Source: the human T2T-CHM13v2.0 reference genome, Homo sapiens. From it: a stretch of 64,000 nucleotides of DNA. The notes under the pieces are model-generated. The model saw nothing but the letters and a program-made list of their open reading frames with translations, was not told the DNA's origin and ran no database searches. Positions 61,231 to 64,000 of the stretch are shown here, one piece after another. The stretch lies in NCBI RefSeq assembly GCF_009914755.1, contig NC_060947.1. The stretch is one strand, 5' to 3'. The position numbers were made by a program, and so were the translations under genes. Numbering within the stretch: position 1 is the first letter of the stretch; every line of letters begins with the position of its first letter.

Positions 61231-64000
61231 AGTTGAATGCAAACATCACAAAATAGTTTCCGAGAATGCTTCTGTTTAGTTTTTATGTGAAGATGATCCC
61301 GTTTCCAGTGAAATCTTCAAAGAGGTCCACATATCCCCTTGCAGATTCCAAAGAAAGAGGGTTTCAAAACTGCTCCATCAGAAGGATTGTTCAACTCTGT
61401 GAGTTGAATGCAGTCATCGCAGAAAACTTTCTGAGAATGCTTCTGTCTAGGTTTGATGTGAAGATATAGACGTTTCAAACGAAGGCTACAAAGTGGTCAA
61501 AATATACACTTGCAGATTCTACTACAAGGGTGTTGCAAACCTGAACTATCAAAGGAAGGTTCAACTCTGTGAGTTGAATACAAACATCACAAAGAATGTT
61601 CTGAGTTTGCTTCCGTTCAGTTATGGGAAGTTGATCCCGTTTCCAACGAAATCCTCAGAGAGGTCCAAATATCCCCTCGCAGATTCTACAAAACGTGTGT
61701 TTGGAAACTGCTCCATCATAACGAATGTTCAGCTCCCTGAGTTAAACTCCATCGTCACAAAGAATTTTCTGAGAGTGCTACCGTCTGGTTTTTATATGAA
61801 GTTCTTTCCTTCACTACCACAGGCCTCAAAGCGGTCCAAATCTCCACTTGCAGATTCTACAAAGAGAGTGTTTGCAAACTGCTCTATCAAAAGGAATGTT
61901 CAACTCTGGGAGTTGAATGCAATCATCACAGAGCAGTTTCTGAGAATGCTTCTATGTCGTTTTTAGGAGAAGATATTTCCTTTTCCAACACAGTCCTCCA
62001 AGCCCGCTAAATAGCCACTTGCACATTGTAGAAAAAGTGTGTCAAAGCTGCGCTATCAAAGGGAAAGTTCAACTCTGTGAGGTGAATGCAAACATCCCAA
62101 AGAAGTTTCTGAGAATGCTTCCGTTTAGCTTTTAGGTGAAGATTATCCCGTTTCCAACGAAACCTTCAAAGAGGTCCAAATATCCCCTTGCGGATCCCAC
62201 AGAAAGAGTGTTTCGAAACTGCTGTTTCAAAAGGAATCTTCAACTCTGTGAGTTGAATGCAATCATCACAAAGAAGTTTCTGACAATGCTTCTCTCTCGT
62301 CTTTCTGTGAAGATAAAGGAAAAGGCTTTCAGGCCTTTGCCACCACAGGCCTGAAAGCGCTCCAAATGTCCACTTGCAGATTCTGCCAAAAGAATATTTC
62401 AAAACTGCTCTATGAAAAGCAATGTTAACCTCTGCGGCTCGAACACAAACATCACAAAGCGGTTTCTGAGAATGCTTCAGTTTAGTTTTTCTGTGGAAAT
62501 ATTCCCGTTTCCAAAGAAATCTTCAAAGAGGTCCACGTATCCACTTACAGATTCTACAAAAAGACAGTTTCAAAACTGCTCCATCAAAAGGAGGGTTCAA
62601 CTGTGTGACTTGAATGCAATCATCACTCAGAAGTTTCTGAGAATGCTTCTCTTTAGTTTTTACGTGAACATATACCCGTTTCGAACGAAGGCCACCCAGT
62701 GGTCCAAATATCCACTTGCAGATTATACAGAAAGAGTGTTTCGAACCTGAACTCTCAAAGGCAGGTTCATCTCTGCGAGTTAAATGCATTCATCATGAAG
62801 AACTTTCTCAGCGTGTTTGTGTTTAGTTATGGGAAATTATTCCCGTTTCCAACGAAATCCTCAAAGAGCTCCAAATATCCACCTGCAGATTCTACCAAAA
62901 GTGTATTTGGAAACTGCTCCATCAAAAGGCATGTTCAGCTCTGTGAGTGAAACTCCATCATCACAAAGAATATTCTGAGAATGCTTCCGTTTGCCTTTTA
63001 TATGAAGTTCCTTCCTATACGACCGTAGGCCTCAAAGCAGTCCAAATCTCCATTTGCAGATTCTACAAAAAGAGTGATTCCAATCTGCTCTATCAATAGG
63101 ATTGTTCAACTCCATGAGTTGAATGCCATCCTCACAAAGTAGTTTCTGAGAATGCTTCTATCTAGTTTTTATGTGAAGATATTTCCTTTTCCACCACAGG
63201 CCTCAAAGCCCTCCAAACGTCCACTTGCAGATTCTCGAAAAAGAGTGTTTCATAGCTGCTCTTTCAAAAGGAAAGTTCACCTCTGGCAGTTGAATACAAA
63301 CATCACAAAGTAGTTTCCGAGAATGCTTCTGTTTAGTTTTTATGTGAAGATGATCCCGTTTCCAGTGAAATCTTCAAAGAGGTCCACATATCCCCTTGCA
63401 GATTCCAAAGAAAGAGGGTTTCAAAACTGCTCCATCAGAAGGATTGTTCAACTCTGTGAGTTGAATGCAGTCATCGCAGAAAACTTTCTGAGAATGCTTC
63501 TGTCTAGGTTTGATGTGAAGATATAGACGTTTCAAACGAAGGCTACAAAGTGGTCAAAATATACACTTGCAGATTCTACTACAAGGGTGTTGCAAACCTG
63601 AACTATCAAAGGAAGGTTCAACTCTGTGAGTTGAATGCAAACATCACAAAGAATGTTCTGAGTTTGCTTCCGTTCAGTTATGGGAAGTTGATCCCGTTTC
63701 CAACGAAATCCTCAGAGAGGTCCAAATATCCCCTTGCAGATTCTACAAAACGTGTGTTTGGAAACTGCTCCATCATAACGAATGTTCAGCTCCCTGAGTT
63801 AAACTCCATCGTCACAAAGAATTTTCTGAGAGTGCTACCGTCTGGTTTTTATATGAAGTTCTTTCCTTCACTACCACAGGCCTCAAAGCGGTCCAAATCT
63901 CCACTTGCAGATTCTACAAAAAGAGTGTTTGCAAACTGCTCTATCAAAAGGAATGTTCAACTCTGGGAGTTGAATGCAATCATCACAGAGCAGTTTCTGA

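Larger units (their letters stand above)
1..64000 (-). repeat. DXZ1: Alpha-satellite higher-order repeat array, 12-mer/2,057-bp HOR, consistent with human chromosome X centromeric DXZ1; runs off both window ends
   Basis: About 171-bp monomers carry alphoid motifs (CTGAGAATGCTT, GTTCAACTCTGTGAGTTGAATGCA, CCACTTGCAGATTCTAC). The same anchor recurs at 132, 2189, 4246, 6302, 8359, 10416, 12302 ... 59436, 61493, 63550, with modal spacing 2,057 bp. One BamHI GGATCC occurs per unit (831-836, 2888, ...). A 12-mer of about 2.0 kb cut once by BamHI is the established signature of DXZ1. Strand assigned from the orientation of the CENP-B boxes. Confidence 0.96.

Noticed and set aside
1-64000. Regularly spaced conserved motifs resembling a CRISPR-type repeat-spacer array
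   Set aside because: The intervening sequences are homologous monomer bodies that repeat every 2,057 bp rather than unique spacers. There are no cas-like genes, and the DNA is primate satellite.
1-64000. Possible L1/Alu insertion, inversion or non-satellite island
   Set aside because: All anchor spacings are 2,054-2,057 or 1,886 bp, leaving no room for an insertion, and every unit has the same orientation.
1-64000. Calling this window the kinetochore site or centromere dip region
   Set aside because: High homogeneity and recent duplications are compatible with the active array, but CENP-A occupancy and hypomethylation cannot be read from sequence.

Overview
The whole 64 kb window is one uninterrupted, single-orientation tandem array of primate alpha-satellite DNA (about 171-bp monomers). 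It is organised as a 12-monomer, 2,057-bp higher-order repeat (HOR) with one BamHI site per unit, which matches the human X-centromere array DXZ1 (suprachromosomal family 3, pentameric ancestry). About 31 HOR copies are present, and CENP-B boxes read on the minus strand. I see no credible gene, RNA gene, transposon insertion, inversion or CRISPR array, and the listed ORFs are by-products of the repeat. I found no new gene-based biological system. The informative signal lies in the variants between HOR copies: (i) a large internal duplication at an offset of about 36.9-38.9 kb, marked by an identical 11-mer HOR and ordered private SNVs; (ii) nested 1-, 2- and 3-HOR local duplications; (iii) recurrent identical C>A loss of CENP-B boxes and other variants that appear borrowed from sister monomers; (iv) a fold-back-derived insertion giving two mutually exclusive hairpins in every HOR; (v) a cluster of 1-bp indels confined to 5.4-24.6 kb that looks like consensus error. 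All comparisons were made by eye using the sequence and the ORF track, with no alignment software.
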